This document shows, piece by piece, positions 21,801 through 30,724 of a DNA stretch of 64,000 nucleotides. The stretch is taken from NCBI GenBank assembly GCA_963745075.1, contig CAVUWV010000001.1, positions 96,001 to 160,000 on the forward strand, given 5' to 3'. The notes below the pieces were generated by a model. It was not told where the DNA came from. It worked only from the letters and a program-made list of their open reading frames with translations, and made no database searches. Position 1 is the stretch's first letter, and each line of letters opens with the position of its first letter. The stretch comes from Candidatus Hydrogenedentota bacterium. GTDB taxonomy: Bacteria; Hydrogenedentota; Hydrogenedentia; Hydrogenedentales; SLHB01. The translations under genes were made by a program, and so were the position numbers.

Positions 21801-24800
21801 TTCTCGAACGGCGTTTCGCGGCCAAATATCCCGGGAACATGCTGGACCGGCCCTCATTGCTGTTGAATCCGTGGGCGGTGCAGGAAACGCAGGCGCAACA
21901 AGAATCGGCCTCGGCGGGCGAGCCGCCGCCTCCGGCGGCACCTCCGCCCTTGGCTCAGAGATTATCGCAAGAAGGAGAGGAGCGCCAGGAAGAGTCCGCG
22001 CCACCTTCTCCCCCGTTCTCACCCAGCTACGACTTCCTCGGCGGCGACGCGGCTGTCTTCTACAACCTGAAGCCCGACGACAAAGGTGTGGTGACGATTC
22101 CCCGCAAGGACCTGCAAGGGCGGCAGTACCTTCAGATTGTCGCGACGGATCCCTTCTCGACGGTTGCAAGGAACGCCGCGCTCCCGGAACGAGACGTTCC
22201 AACGCGGGACCTTCGGCTGACCAAAGCGCTCGATCCGGCGCAGCACTACGTCGAGAAGAAACGCATCCGGGTCCTGGAAAGCGGCGACACCCTCGAGGTC
22301 AGCCTGACCGGCGAGGCCCAGGTCCAGGCGTACGATTCGATTCCCGCGGTATTCGCCTTGTTCCTGACGTTGAACAACGACCCTAAATTGAGTGAATTTC
22401 AGTTCATAACGCGTTGGCCGAAGCTCACTCCGGAGGAGAAACGGGCGCAGTTCTCCAAGTACGAGTCACACGAACTGAACTTCTTTCTTTATCACAAGGA
22501 CAAAGACTTCTTTGACGCGACGGTTCGGCCCTTCCTCGAAAACAAGGCCGCCAAGACCTTCCTGGACCATTGGCTGCTTGGTGACGATCTCGGCGAATAC
22601 CTGGAACCCTGGAGATACGGCCAACTGAATCTGGTCGAAAAGATCTTGCTGGCACAACGCATCTCCGAGGAACACCCGCACACGCAGCGGTACGTTCAGG
22701 ACGCGCTCGACATGATTCCGCCCGATCCGGAGTGGTTCAACGCGCGGTTCATGACGGCCCTGTACGGTGGCGCGCTGGCCGAGCGCACAAGTGGCGGCAG
22801 CCTTCCAAACGTGCAGGTCGGGGGCGAAATTCGGGTGCGCGAGAACTACTTCGCGAGCTATGGTTTTGACGGCATCGCCGATAGCGGTGGGAAGCCCGAG
22901 GGTCCATCGGGTAATGGTGGTTTCGGCGGTGGCGGACTCGGCGGGTATGGAGGCGCGGGGAGGGCTGCGGGACAGCCTGCCGTTCTTGGAGTGGAACTCC
23001 ATGACATGGTCCAGGCGTGGGACGCGCCGGCGGAAGAACTCAATTCGATTGGCTACGTTGAGCAACGTTCCCGTTTGAGCGTAATCGCTGACTTTGACCA
23101 AGACGCCATGAGACGCTACCGGGCCCTGTACCGGGCTACGGAAAAGACGCGGGAGTGGGTGGAGAACAACTATTACAAGCTCCCGGTTCGCCAACAAGGA
23201 CCCGACTTGATACGGTTCAACGCGTTCTGGCTGGACTACGCACAAAACGATGCGGGCCGGCCGTTCCGTTCGGAACACGTGACCGATGCGGCTAACAGTT
23301 TTCCGGAAATCCTCCTGGCGCTTGCCGTGCTCGACCTCCCCTTCGAAGGCGCGGAACCCGGCACGGAGACGAACGATTCGCACTATACGGTCAAGGCCGC
23401 AAGCCCGCTTATCGCGTTCTACAAGGACATCGAACCGGCCGAACGCACGGACTCGGACACGCCGATTCTCGTCAGCCAAAATTTCTTTCGGCTTGACGAC
23501 CGATACCGGCACGAAGGCAACCAGCGGTTCGACAAATTCGTGACGGATGAATTCCTGAGCGGCGTGGTCTACGGTTGTCAGGTGACCGTTACCAACCCGA
23601 CCTCGACCCCCCACAACATCGAAGTGTTGCGTCAGGTGCCGGAAGGCGCCATCCCCGTGGCGGGCGGCCGGTACACCAAGAGCGAGCGGATGCGGCTCGA
23701 ACCCTACAGCACCGCCACGATCGAATACCATTTCTACTTCCCGGAACCCGGCGAGTTCGATCATTACCCCGTGCACGTCAGCGAAGAAGGCGCCTTGCTG
23801 GCCTTTGCAGATCCGCAACACATGTCCGTGGTCGAAGAACCCAGCAACGTTGATACCACGTCCTGGCAATACGTGTCGCAGCAGGGCTCCCCGGAAGACG
23901 TGCTCGAGTTTCTACGCACGCACAACCTGAACCGGATCGAACTCTCCTGGATCGCCTGGCGGATGCGCGACCGGACTTTCTATGACCAGGCGCTGGCGTT
24001 GCTCAGGGAGCGGCACATGTATCAGCCGGTCCTGTGGTCCTTTGCCATGTATCACAACGATCCCGTGGGTATGGCGACCTATCTGCAGTATCGGGACGAT
24101 TTCGTGTCGGCGTGCGGTCCGAGCATCGAGAGCCCCTTGCTCACCATCGACCCGGTCGAACGAAAGGTCTATCAACACGTCGAATACGCGCCACTGATCA
24201 ATCCGCGGACCCACAATCTGAACAGCAAATGGACAATCACCAACGATCAATTGCGGGTTCAGTACGCGTCGCTTTTGGGTATCCTGGCTCACCGGCCGGC
24301 CTTGGACGACGAGGACCTCATGGACGTGTCCTACTACATGCTGCTTCAGGACCGCGTGCATGACGCGCTGACGTTCTTTGATCGCGTGGCCGCAGGCAAT
24401 CTGGATACACGCCTGCAATACGACTATTTCAAAACGTATCTCGCGCTCTACGAGGAAGACCCGGACTCCGCACGCCGGATTGCCGAGCAGTATAAAGACT
24501 ACCCGGTGGAACGTTGGCGGAAGCTGTTCGACGACGTGCGCACGCAAGTCGCGGAAATCATGGGCAGCGACTCGGCCGGAACCGATAGTACGAAGCGTAT
24601 GGAGCAGGACCAATTGGCGGCGGAAGCCCCGGGCCTGGAACTCGAAGTCAAAGAAGACTCGATGGTCATCTACTACCGGAACCTCGAAGAGTGCCGGCTT
24701 AGCTTCTACCCCATCGACGTCGAGATGCTGTTTACGCGCAACCCCTTCGCGCCGGCGCAATCGAGCCTGTTTGCCGGTGTGAAACCGGCGAGCGAGCAGA

Positions 24801-25201
24801 CCGTGCGCTTCGATGCGAACCAATCCCAAGTCGAGATTCCCTTGCCGGATACCTTCGCGGATCGCCACGTCGTGATCCAGGCGGAAGCGGCCGGGATCAA
24901 CCGCACCGGCATCCGTTATGCCAGCAGTCTGGTCGCGCAGTTGATTGAGACCTACGGACAGATTCAGGTCATGGACAAGGCAACGAACGATCCGTTGCCG
25001 AAGGTTTACGTGAAGGTTTTTGCGGCCATGGAGAGCGGCGAAACGCTTTTCTACAAGGACGGTTATACCGACCTGCGCGGCCGCTTCGACTACGCCTCGT
25101 CCAGCACCCTGGACGTGGGCGGCGTCCAACGGTTCGGAATCCTCGTCCTGGACGAAGCACAAGGCGCCAAAATCCTGACCGCAACGCCCCCCGGGCGATG
25201 A
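18836..25201 (+). CDS. Very large (2121 aa) exported protein of unknown function
   Basis: Signal peptide MARNIAFALLASLWLGHAALA, uninterrupted ORF, mixed helical and beta-sandwich segments, C-terminal VYVKVFA...FYKDGYTDLRGRFDYAS. Confidence 0.85.
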   Translation: MARNIAFALLASLWLGHAALAADLEFLERFALADDRAEVLQELIPGTEDYYYFHCLYFQEKAQFDEVDKLLTTWVERQGQTPGVQEIRNRQALLLYSSDPERTLDYLKTTLNLDFNQQRQLPGEAPDLPSRLDPKLISRATLLQRALDNAQYNDTVDGFTRHAYDWLLGVDLNESRLRSLLQSLDLPDYPNLPALVAKDLKARHSGGFGSLPIHTKMVREQLDELLVLMPELLNNDVFIQTYLRRLQPGADEPNWRVRPQEREAYLERLAAFTDRLAPAQNSLKALVLSHRLQHDMSQGVYDKERFIEYLRLPRQTDYVNPAYLRSLNNVHFVQDLPGDILAATALDSVGADEALVRQYLMHFFESGTGYDDFTTYIREGYLKRLFAETKLLQGAGDLDQWYSWLDPATVDALKKRVNVEFVPENRTRFAPDDAVSLELWIKNVDRLLVNVYEIDAKNYYQQFNREVNTDIDLDGLVPNHEEVYTYSEAPLHRVKRQFEFPELTGRGVWVIEFVGNGRSSRAVVEKGRLQYLSRTGPAGQLIAVFDETGRQLPDASVWFSGHLYTANDDGEIPLPFSTAPDRKPFVLCDGDFATLDTFQHETEEYRLAAGFHVDSESLRPGRMADVAVRPLLYLNGTPIPVSLIKDPVLTLYSMTGDGITSTQQVRDFPLHGGELSIHSFRVPENLAEIRFTLTGIVDRFTDPEPLNVVAQQTFPVNGINKTEQTAALFLSRVGGEYILEARDKTGLPLPGHVVYLRMNHIDFTDPVDANLITDADGRIILGALPDIERLAATGQDMNKQDWDLRQPEFNYPRVLQGDVGDALLVPFNAGSTKSEHNQATLLEIRDGEYTGDRTDALTFTNGYVVASGLPGGDYLLHLKPADRRIHVRLTEGVDGSYFVASEERALEIDQPTPLQIQLLEPDDENVRLRIANVNDLTRVHVVASCYQPDVPLFDSLNVTQPFAPDARAVNTGYALYQSGRDIGDEHRYILERRFAAKYPGNMLDRPSLLLNPWAVQETQAQQESASAGEPPPPAAPPPLAQRLSQEGEERQEESAPPSPPFSPSYDFLGGDAAVFYNLKPDDKGVVTIPRKDLQGRQYLQIVATDPFSTVARNAALPERDVPTRDLRLTKALDPAQHYVEKKRIRVLESGDTLEVSLTGEAQVQAYDSIPAVFALFLTLNNDPKLSEFQFITRWPKLTPEEKRAQFSKYESHELNFFLYHKDKDFFDATVRPFLENKAAKTFLDHWLLGDDLGEYLEPWRYGQLNLVEKILLAQRISEEHPHTQRYVQDALDMIPPDPEWFNARFMTALYGGALAERTSGGSLPNVQVGGEIRVRENYFASYGFDGIADSGGKPEGPSGNGGFGGGGLGGYGGAGRAAGQPAVLGVELHDMVQAWDAPAEELNSIGYVEQRSRLSVIADFDQDAMRRYRALYRATEKTREWVENNYYKLPVRQQGPDLIRFNAFWLDYAQNDAGRPFRSEHVTDAANSFPEILLALAVLDLPFEGAEPGTETNDSHYTVKAASPLIAFYKDIEPAERTDSDTPILVSQNFFRLDDRYRHEGNQRFDKFVTDEFLSGVVYGCQVTVTNPTSTPHNIEVLRQVPEGAIPVAGGRYTKSERMRLEPYSTATIEYHFYFPEPGEFDHYPVHVSEEGALLAFADPQHMSVVEEPSNVDTTSWQYVSQQGSPEDVLEFLRTHNLNRIELSWIAWRMRDRTFYDQALALLRERHMYQPVLWSFAMYHNDPVGMATYLQYRDDFVSACGPSIESPLLTIDPVERKVYQHVEYAPLINPRTHNLNSKWTITNDQLRVQYASLLGILAHRPALDDEDLMDVSYYMLLQDRVHDALTFFDRVAAGNLDTRLQYDYFKTYLALYEEDPDSARRIAEQYKDYPVERWRKLFDDVRTQVAEIMGSDSAGTDSTKRMEQDQLAAEAPGLELEVKEDSMVIYYRNLEECRLSFYPIDVEMLFTRNPFAPAQSSLFAGVKPASEQTVRFDANQSQVEIPLPDTFADRHVVIQAEAAGINRTGIRYASSLVAQLIETYGQIQVMDKATNDPLPKVYVKVFAAMESGETLFYKDGYTDLRGRFDYASSSTLDVGGVQRFGILVLDEAQGAKILTATPPGR

Positions 25202-25278
25202 CTACAACTCGACACAAGAAAGATGCTACATACACAAAGTCTGTATTGGTCCGCGAAGGTCCGTGTGAGTCCGTGTAG

Positions 25279-26589
25279 CTACTTCCGTATCCCGTTCAAC
25301 GCGCCCTTCGCCGCCGCAAGCGTCTTCTTGATATCCTCGTCCGTGTGGGCCGTGGACACGAACCAGATGCCCATCGAGGTAATCTGCACGCTGCGCTCCT
25401 GCAGTGCAATCCAGAATTTGCGCCCCAGTTCGTAGTTGGTCTGGCGGGCCGTCCGATAGTCCACCACCGGATCGGCGTCCTCTGGCAAGAACGTCGCACT
25501 GAATACGGTACCGACGCCGCGCAGGGTGATTGGCATCTCCAAGTCGTCGGCCAATTCGAGCAGTTTGATCGAAAGCTGATCGCCTTTCGCGTTCGCTTTC
25601 TTCAACAGCGCTCCGTGGTCGGCGCTCATGGCTTCCAGGGCCGCGACCGTGCCCGCCATGGCGAGCGGATTCGAATTGTAGGTCCCCGCATGAACGGTTT
25701 TCAGGGTCCCAAAGCGTTCCATGTACTTCGCTTTGCCTGCCACCGCGCTTACGGGCATTCCCGCGCCCAACGCTTTGGCAAAAATGGCAAGATCCGGAAC
25801 GACCCCGAAGTACGCCTGTGCACCGCCCAAACCCACACGGAATCCGGTGATGACTTCGTCAAAGATGAGAATCACTCCGTGCGCGTCACAGAGGCTGCGC
25901 ATCTTCGCGAGAAAGTCCGGTTGTCCCGGGATCAAACCGGCCGCCGACGCGAAGGGGTCACAAATCACCGCTGCCAATTCCTCGCCGCTCCGTTGGAACA
26001 ATTCTTCCAGCAATGCGGTATTGTTCCACGGCAGCACAACAAGATTGGCGCCGTCCTCCGGTTGCTGTCCCTCGGAGGACGGGCGCAGCGGAGGGCTCTC
26101 GCGCGGCCCCAAGTCTGCCGTCGGCGAGGCCTGATTCCAGGCGATGGTGTCGAACCAGCCGTGGTAATGGCCTTCGAACCGCAGGACTTTGCCGCGACTG
26201 GTACAGGCTCGTGCCAGGCGTATGGCCGCGTGGACCGCTTCAGACCCGGTCGTGCTGAAGCGGACCATCTCCGCGCATGGCACATGCTCGCAAATAAGTT
26301 CCGCTGCCCGAATCTCGAGTTCGGTCTGGCCGCCGAACACCAGCCCCCGCTCGGCTTGGCGGCGGACGGCTTCGATCACTTTAGCCGGCGTGTGACCGAG
26401 TATCATTGGCCCGTGGCCGAGCAAATAATCGACGTATTCGTTGCCGTCAACGTCCCAGATTCGGGACCCCTTGGCTCGTTCGAAGTGCAGCGGCACCGGT
26501 TCCGAGATCGCCCGGATGTTGCTGTTGATGCCGCCGGGAATGACCCGCTTGGCCCGCTCATGGGCGGCTTTGGACTTGTCGTACGACAC
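25279..26589 (-). CDS. Class III PLP-dependent aminotransferase (GSA aminomutase-like)
   Basis: WDVDGNEYVDY, TGSEA, FEGHYHG, LIFDEVITGFR, FAKALG (PLP lysine), HAGTYNSNP. Confidence 0.9.
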   Translation of the reverse strand: MSYDKSKAAHERAKRVIPGGINSNIRAISEPVPLHFERAKGSRIWDVDGNEYVDYLLGHGPMILGHTPAKVIEAVRRQAERGLVFGGQTELEIRAAELICEHVPCAEMVRFSTTGSEAVHAAIRLARACTSRGKVLRFEGHYHGWFDTIAWNQASPTADLGPRESPPLRPSSEGQQPEDGANLVVLPWNNTALLEELFQRSGEELAAVICDPFASAAGLIPGQPDFLAKMRSLCDAHGVILIFDEVITGFRVGLGGAQAYFGVVPDLAIFAKALGAGMPVSAVAGKAKYMERFGTLKTVHAGTYNSNPLAMAGTVAALEAMSADHGALLKKANAKGDQLSIKLLELADDLEMPITLRGVGTVFSATFLPEDADPVVDYRTARQTNYELGRKFWIALQERSVQITSMGIWFVSTAHTDEDIKKTLAAAKGALNGIRK

Positions 26590-26598
26590 GTGTGCCCC

Positions 26599-27642
26599 CT
26601 AGCTCAACTGCACTTCTTTGCCGGTTCGGCTCGACTCGTACGCTGCCGCGGCCGCGGCCACCGCCTGGCGTCCGTCCCATCCCGGCGCGACCAGCGGCTC
26701 ACCGTTGTGTATCGCATCGATCACGTTGTTGATGTTCGCCGCATACGTCTTCAGCCGCACGGGATCGAGGAAGCCTTTGCCGGCCCAGTCGATGGGTTCC
26801 TGCTCGGCCGCGACTTCCCAGTCGCCGCCATCGAAGGAAACCCGCATCTCGCCGTACCAGTCAACGTCGATCAACCCCAACTCGCACACGATCCGGGTGG
26901 CGCCACCGCTGCGCTCGAATCCCGGCTTCACTAGTTCGAAAGAGCAGAAAATCGACACGACCGAGCCGTCTTCCATCGTCAGCAAGACATCGGATGTACC
27001 ATCGACCGGATATTGGCCGCTGATACAACGCACTTTCGCGAAGACCGATTTTATTTCCTGCCCGGTGAACCACCGGGCCTGATCGATGTTGTGTATTCCG
27101 TGCCCCATCAGGATGCCCACGTTGGCCGGAACTAATTGCCAGCGCGGCACGGCGCCTTCCATGCCGTTCGGCACGAGCTGGGTCGAGCGCATGTGCATGA
27201 TGCGGCCCATCTTGTCCGAATCCAGCAATTTCTTGGTCTCGAGCGGACACGTGCGGAACCGCTGCGTAAACATTACCGCGCACTGCACGTCGCTGTCCTT
27301 GCACGCGCCCAAAATGGCGTCGCATTCGCCTACCGTGCATGCCATCGGTTTCTCGATGATGAGATGCTTGCCCGCGCGGGCCGCGGCGAGTCCCTGTTTT
27401 CCATGTACGTCGTGCGGCGTCGCGATGCAAACGAGATCGACGGCGTCGCTGGCGATAAGTGCTTCCGGCGACTTAAAGTGCGGGACCTCGTATTCCGTCG
27501 CCAACTTTTCCGATCGCGAACCACCCGCAACCCCGGCCAATGCCGCGCCGGGTACGAGTGTTTCCACGGCGCGGGCATAGGTTTGCCCCATGAACCCCGC
27601 GCCAAGTACTCCAATGCCAAGTGTCTTATTCGATTTGGTCAT
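26599..27642 (-). CDS. Gfo/Idh/MocA family oxidoreductase (cytoplasmic)
   Basis: Start MTKSNK at 27642. GVLGAGFMG, IATPHDVH, GKHLIIEKPMA, GHGIHNID. Confidence 0.9.
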   Translation of the reverse strand: MTKSNKTLGIGVLGAGFMGQTYARAVETLVPGAALAGVAGGSRSEKLATEYEVPHFKSPEALIASDAVDLVCIATPHDVHGKQGLAAARAGKHLIIEKPMACTVGECDAILGACKDSDVQCAVMFTQRFRTCPLETKKLLDSDKMGRIMHMRSTQLVPNGMEGAVPRWQLVPANVGILMGHGIHNIDQARWFTGQEIKSVFAKVRCISGQYPVDGTSDVLLTMEDGSVVSIFCSFELVKPGFERSGGATRIVCELGLIDVDWYGEMRVSFDGGDWEVAAEQEPIDWAGKGFLDPVRLKTYAANINNVIDAIHNGEPLVAPGWDGRQAVAAAAAAYESSRTGKEVQLS

Positions 27643-27646
27643 CGAT

Positions 27647-29383
27647 TCAATCTCTTTCCGCAGTCGTTCCATTCTCATGATGGAGGATTCGTCGCGTAAA
27701 TACCACCGTAAGCGCACCGGTTGCCAGCAGGAAAACGCCTACGACAATCGAGAGCCATCCTTCCCGGATGCCCGCCGTTACAAGAACGGCCAGGATCATA
27801 ATCGCGCCCAAGGCGGCGCTGGCAATTCCAATCACGCGTACCGCGAGGGAAGCATCGCCTCCCGCATCCAGGTCCGCTTTCACCGGAAGCTCCCGTCTCG
27901 TCAGACCGGCGAGGAACCGAGCGATTCGGTCCACATGTTCCGGCGGATTGGGTTTTATGGCGCTCACCCCAAACAGGACGACCGTCGTCGGCACGGCCGT
28001 AATCCATGTCAGATACTTGACGCTTCGCAAATAGCCGAGATCTTCATAGCCGCCGAGGACGTAGGTCGCGACCCCGAGCACCGTGCCGACCACGAATGCG
28101 GTAACCGCTCCGGCGTTCGACGCCCGTTTGGATAGTAATCCGGCCATCATCGGAATTGCCACGGGCGGCAGGAGGACGCCGAACAATTGCGCCATGTACT
28201 TGACGAGATCTTCCTTCTCCTGCGCGCTGGCCAGCAGCAAGGCGATGACCATCGCCAATCCACCAATGAGAAAGGTCGAGCATCGTCCCGTCAGCACCAG
28301 TGCGCGGTCCGAGAAGGTTCTGCCGAAGAAGCGCTTCACGATGTCGTTGGTGATAACCGAGGCGCCTGCGTTGTAGTCACTGGAAAGCATCGACATGGTC
28401 GCCGAAAACATCGCCGCGATGATGACGCCGAGCATGCCGACGGGCAACAGTTGCCGGCAAAGCAAGGGATAGACATCGTTGAAGTTTGTGATATCCGGCA
28501 TGAAGATGCGCGCCGCCATGGCCGGCAGAAAGAGCAAGGGAGGGCCAACGAACATGAGCGCCGCAACGAGATACCCCACCTTGCGCGCGTCGCGATCCGA
28601 TGCCACGGAGTAGTAGCGCTGCACGTAGGGCCATTTGGTTGCATACGTGAGCAAGAGCAGCACCCCAAACGCGATCAACCACGGCCACGTGTAATCGCCG
28701 CCGACGGGAGAAGCGAAATGTTCGGGCACGTTCTCGACAAACCCGGTGATTCCGCCTACCCGTCCCAACGCTAACGGCACGAGCACGATAACCGCAATAG
28801 CGACAATGACGAACTGGATCACATCCGTGATCATCACGGCCCACAGGCCCCCCAGAAACGTATAGACGAGAATGATGCCGCCGCACGCCGCAATGGCGAG
28901 GTGAAGGCTGTAGTCGTGTTGGAGCCCGAGACTCACCGTCACCATCTTCCCGATGACGAACAGCTTCAGGCCATCGTCCACGATGATCAACGGTAGCCCG
29001 ACCCAACTAAACCCCTGTCGCAACGCCGGGCCGAACCGGGTCTCGATGTATTCGAGCGGACTCGTCGTCGCTGCCCGGCGCCACCGTGCCGCGAGGAAAT
29101 ACGCGCTGAAGAGGCAACTCGGCACCGAGAACCACCAGATCGTGATGGCCACGAACCCATGCTGATACGCCAACGCCGAATACGCGACGAAGGTGAAGGC
29201 GCTGAAGGTGGTCATATACAGCGAAATCCCGGATACCCACCACGGCACCTGCCGGCCGCCGCTGAAGAAGTCCTTCAGATCCTTCATCCGGTTCGCGTAA
29301 TACAGCCCGATCGCCAGCATGACCACGAAGAATCCGGTCAGGATGGCGTAATCGGCCGCCGCAAAACTGTTTCCAAATTCCAT
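27647..29383 (-). CDS. Sodium:solute symporter (SSS) family transporter
   Basis: Start MEFGNS at 29383. DFFSGGRQVPWW, SAFTFV, LGGLWAVMITDVIQF, YVQRY, AAMFSATMS; 13 or more TM segments. Confidence 0.92.
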   Translation of the reverse strand: MEFGNSFAAADYAILTGFFVVMLAIGLYYANRMKDLKDFFSGGRQVPWWVSGISLYMTTFSAFTFVAYSALAYQHGFVAITIWWFSVPSCLFSAYFLAARWRRAATTSPLEYIETRFGPALRQGFSWVGLPLIIVDDGLKLFVIGKMVTVSLGLQHDYSLHLAIAACGGIILVYTFLGGLWAVMITDVIQFVIVAIAVIVLVPLALGRVGGITGFVENVPEHFASPVGGDYTWPWLIAFGVLLLLTYATKWPYVQRYYSVASDRDARKVGYLVAALMFVGPPLLFLPAMAARIFMPDITNFNDVYPLLCRQLLPVGMLGVIIAAMFSATMSMLSSDYNAGASVITNDIVKRFFGRTFSDRALVLTGRCSTFLIGGLAMVIALLLASAQEKEDLVKYMAQLFGVLLPPVAIPMMAGLLSKRASNAGAVTAFVVGTVLGVATYVLGGYEDLGYLRSVKYLTWITAVPTTVVLFGVSAIKPNPPEHVDRIARFLAGLTRRELPVKADLDAGGDASLAVRVIGIASAALGAIMILAVLVTAGIREGWLSIVVGVFLLATGALTVVFTRRILHHENGTTAERD

Positions 29384-29512
29384 CGTGCGTTTTGAACTCT
29401 CGTGTCCGTTCCCTGCCGGCGCTTCGCAAACGGCGTCGAAATGCGGTATTCTGGCGCGAAGCGGTTCGTGAATCCCCAAATGCGTGTGCGAGCAACGATA
29501 GGACAAACTACC

Positions 29513-30715
29513 GTGGCGAAACAACCCCTGACCGGCGGTCCCGAAGTGCTGTTTGTACTTCTATTCGTGGGGCTTGGGTTCTGTTGGGCGCGACCGGCCG
29601 GCGCATGGGACGGATTCGACTGGAACACCTGGCGCGACATTACCAAGGTTTCGAAACCATCGGTGACCAGCCCCCAGGCAGGATTACCCGAATTACTGCC
29701 GCTCCTCGTGAGCGAAGGTCCTGATTCACCAACCATCGACTCCGTGCCGGCCTGGGAGTTAAAACGAAAGCGAATCATTGAGGTGCTTGAAGCGTTTCTC
29801 GGCAGCCCCGGAGACTTGACGGCGCCTCCGCCGACCGCCGAGGTTTTGGGTGAGGAAGACATGGGTACCTACACCCGCCGTCACATCCGTATCGCGAGCG
29901 AGCCGGACGATTGGATTCCCGCCTACCTGTTGATACCCAAGACGCTGCAAGAGAATCCAAACCCGGCGATGATCGTCCTTCACCAGACCCAGGCGCCCGG
30001 TAAGCGGGAAGCCTGTGGCATGACCGGCGATCCGAATATGGCCTTCGCGAAGGAGCTGGTCGAGCGCGGGTATATCTGCATCGCGCCCGACGCCATTGGT
30101 TTTGGCGAACGTATTCCGGAGGGGGAACAGCCGTACTACGGCGCCCACGAATTCTATCGCAAACACCCGGACTGGTCGTTTTTCGGTAAGATGATTTGGG
30201 ACGTGCAACGCATTGTTGATTACCTCGATACCATCCCCGAGGTCGATTCCACGCGCATCGGCTGCATGGGCCATTCCCACGGCGCCTACGGCACGATCGT
30301 GTGCACACTGTTCGAACCGCGCATTGCGGCAGCCGTCGCCAGTTGCGGGTACAACACGCTCCGCACCGATCCCGACCCGAACCGCTGGAGCCATCTCACC
30401 GCGCTGCTGCCGCGACTCGGCTTCTACGTCGACGACATCAAAACGGCGCCTTTCGATTGGCACGAGATCGTGGCCTGCATCGCGCCGCGCGCGTATTTCA
30501 ATTACGCCACCTTGAACGACCAGATTTTCCCAAATACTGAAAACCTGTCGACGGTCTACGTCCAACTCGGCGACGTCTATGAACTATACGGCGCCCGGGA
30601 TCGGTTCAACGGAGTGTTGGTGACCGGCGTCCACTCGATTCCCCCGGATTCGCGGCAGATGGCGTATCATTGGCTGGACAAGCAACTTGATTTTCATCCC
30701 GCGCATGAAGACTGA
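29513..30715 (+). CDS. Secreted alpha/beta hydrolase (dienelactone hydrolase / carbohydrate esterase-like)
   Basis: Probable GTG start at 29513 followed by a hydrophobic signal. Nucleophile elbow GHSHG, IAPRA, C-terminal GVHS. Start uncertain. Confidence 0.8.
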   Translation: MAKQPLTGGPEVLFVLLFVGLGFCWARPAGAWDGFDWNTWRDITKVSKPSVTSPQAGLPELLPLLVSEGPDSPTIDSVPAWELKRKRIIEVLEAFLGSPGDLTAPPPTAEVLGEEDMGTYTRRHIRIASEPDDWIPAYLLIPKTLQENPNPAMIVLHQTQAPGKREACGMTGDPNMAFAKELVERGYICIAPDAIGFGERIPEGEQPYYGAHEFYRKHPDWSFFGKMIWDVQRIVDYLDTIPEVDSTRIGCMGHSHGAYGTIVCTLFEPRIAAAVASCGYNTLRTDPDPNRWSHLTALLPRLGFYVDDIKTAPFDWHEIVACIAPRAYFNYATLNDQIFPNTENLSTVYVQLGDVYELYGARDRFNGVLVTGVHSIPPDSRQMAYHWLDKQLDFHPAHED

Positions 30716-30724
30716 GGAGGTACC

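Noticed and set aside
25279..26589. Calling the aminotransferase hemL
   Set aside because: Family motifs are present but the context is catabolic and similarity to true HemL cannot be established by eye.
25345..26934. 529-aa plus-strand ORF, and similar long ORFs at 6038-7405, 13757-15418, 22466-23869, 23912-25162 and 48131-49384
   Set aside because: Antisense shadows of well-supported genes, expected in high-GC coding DNA; no motifs or RBS.
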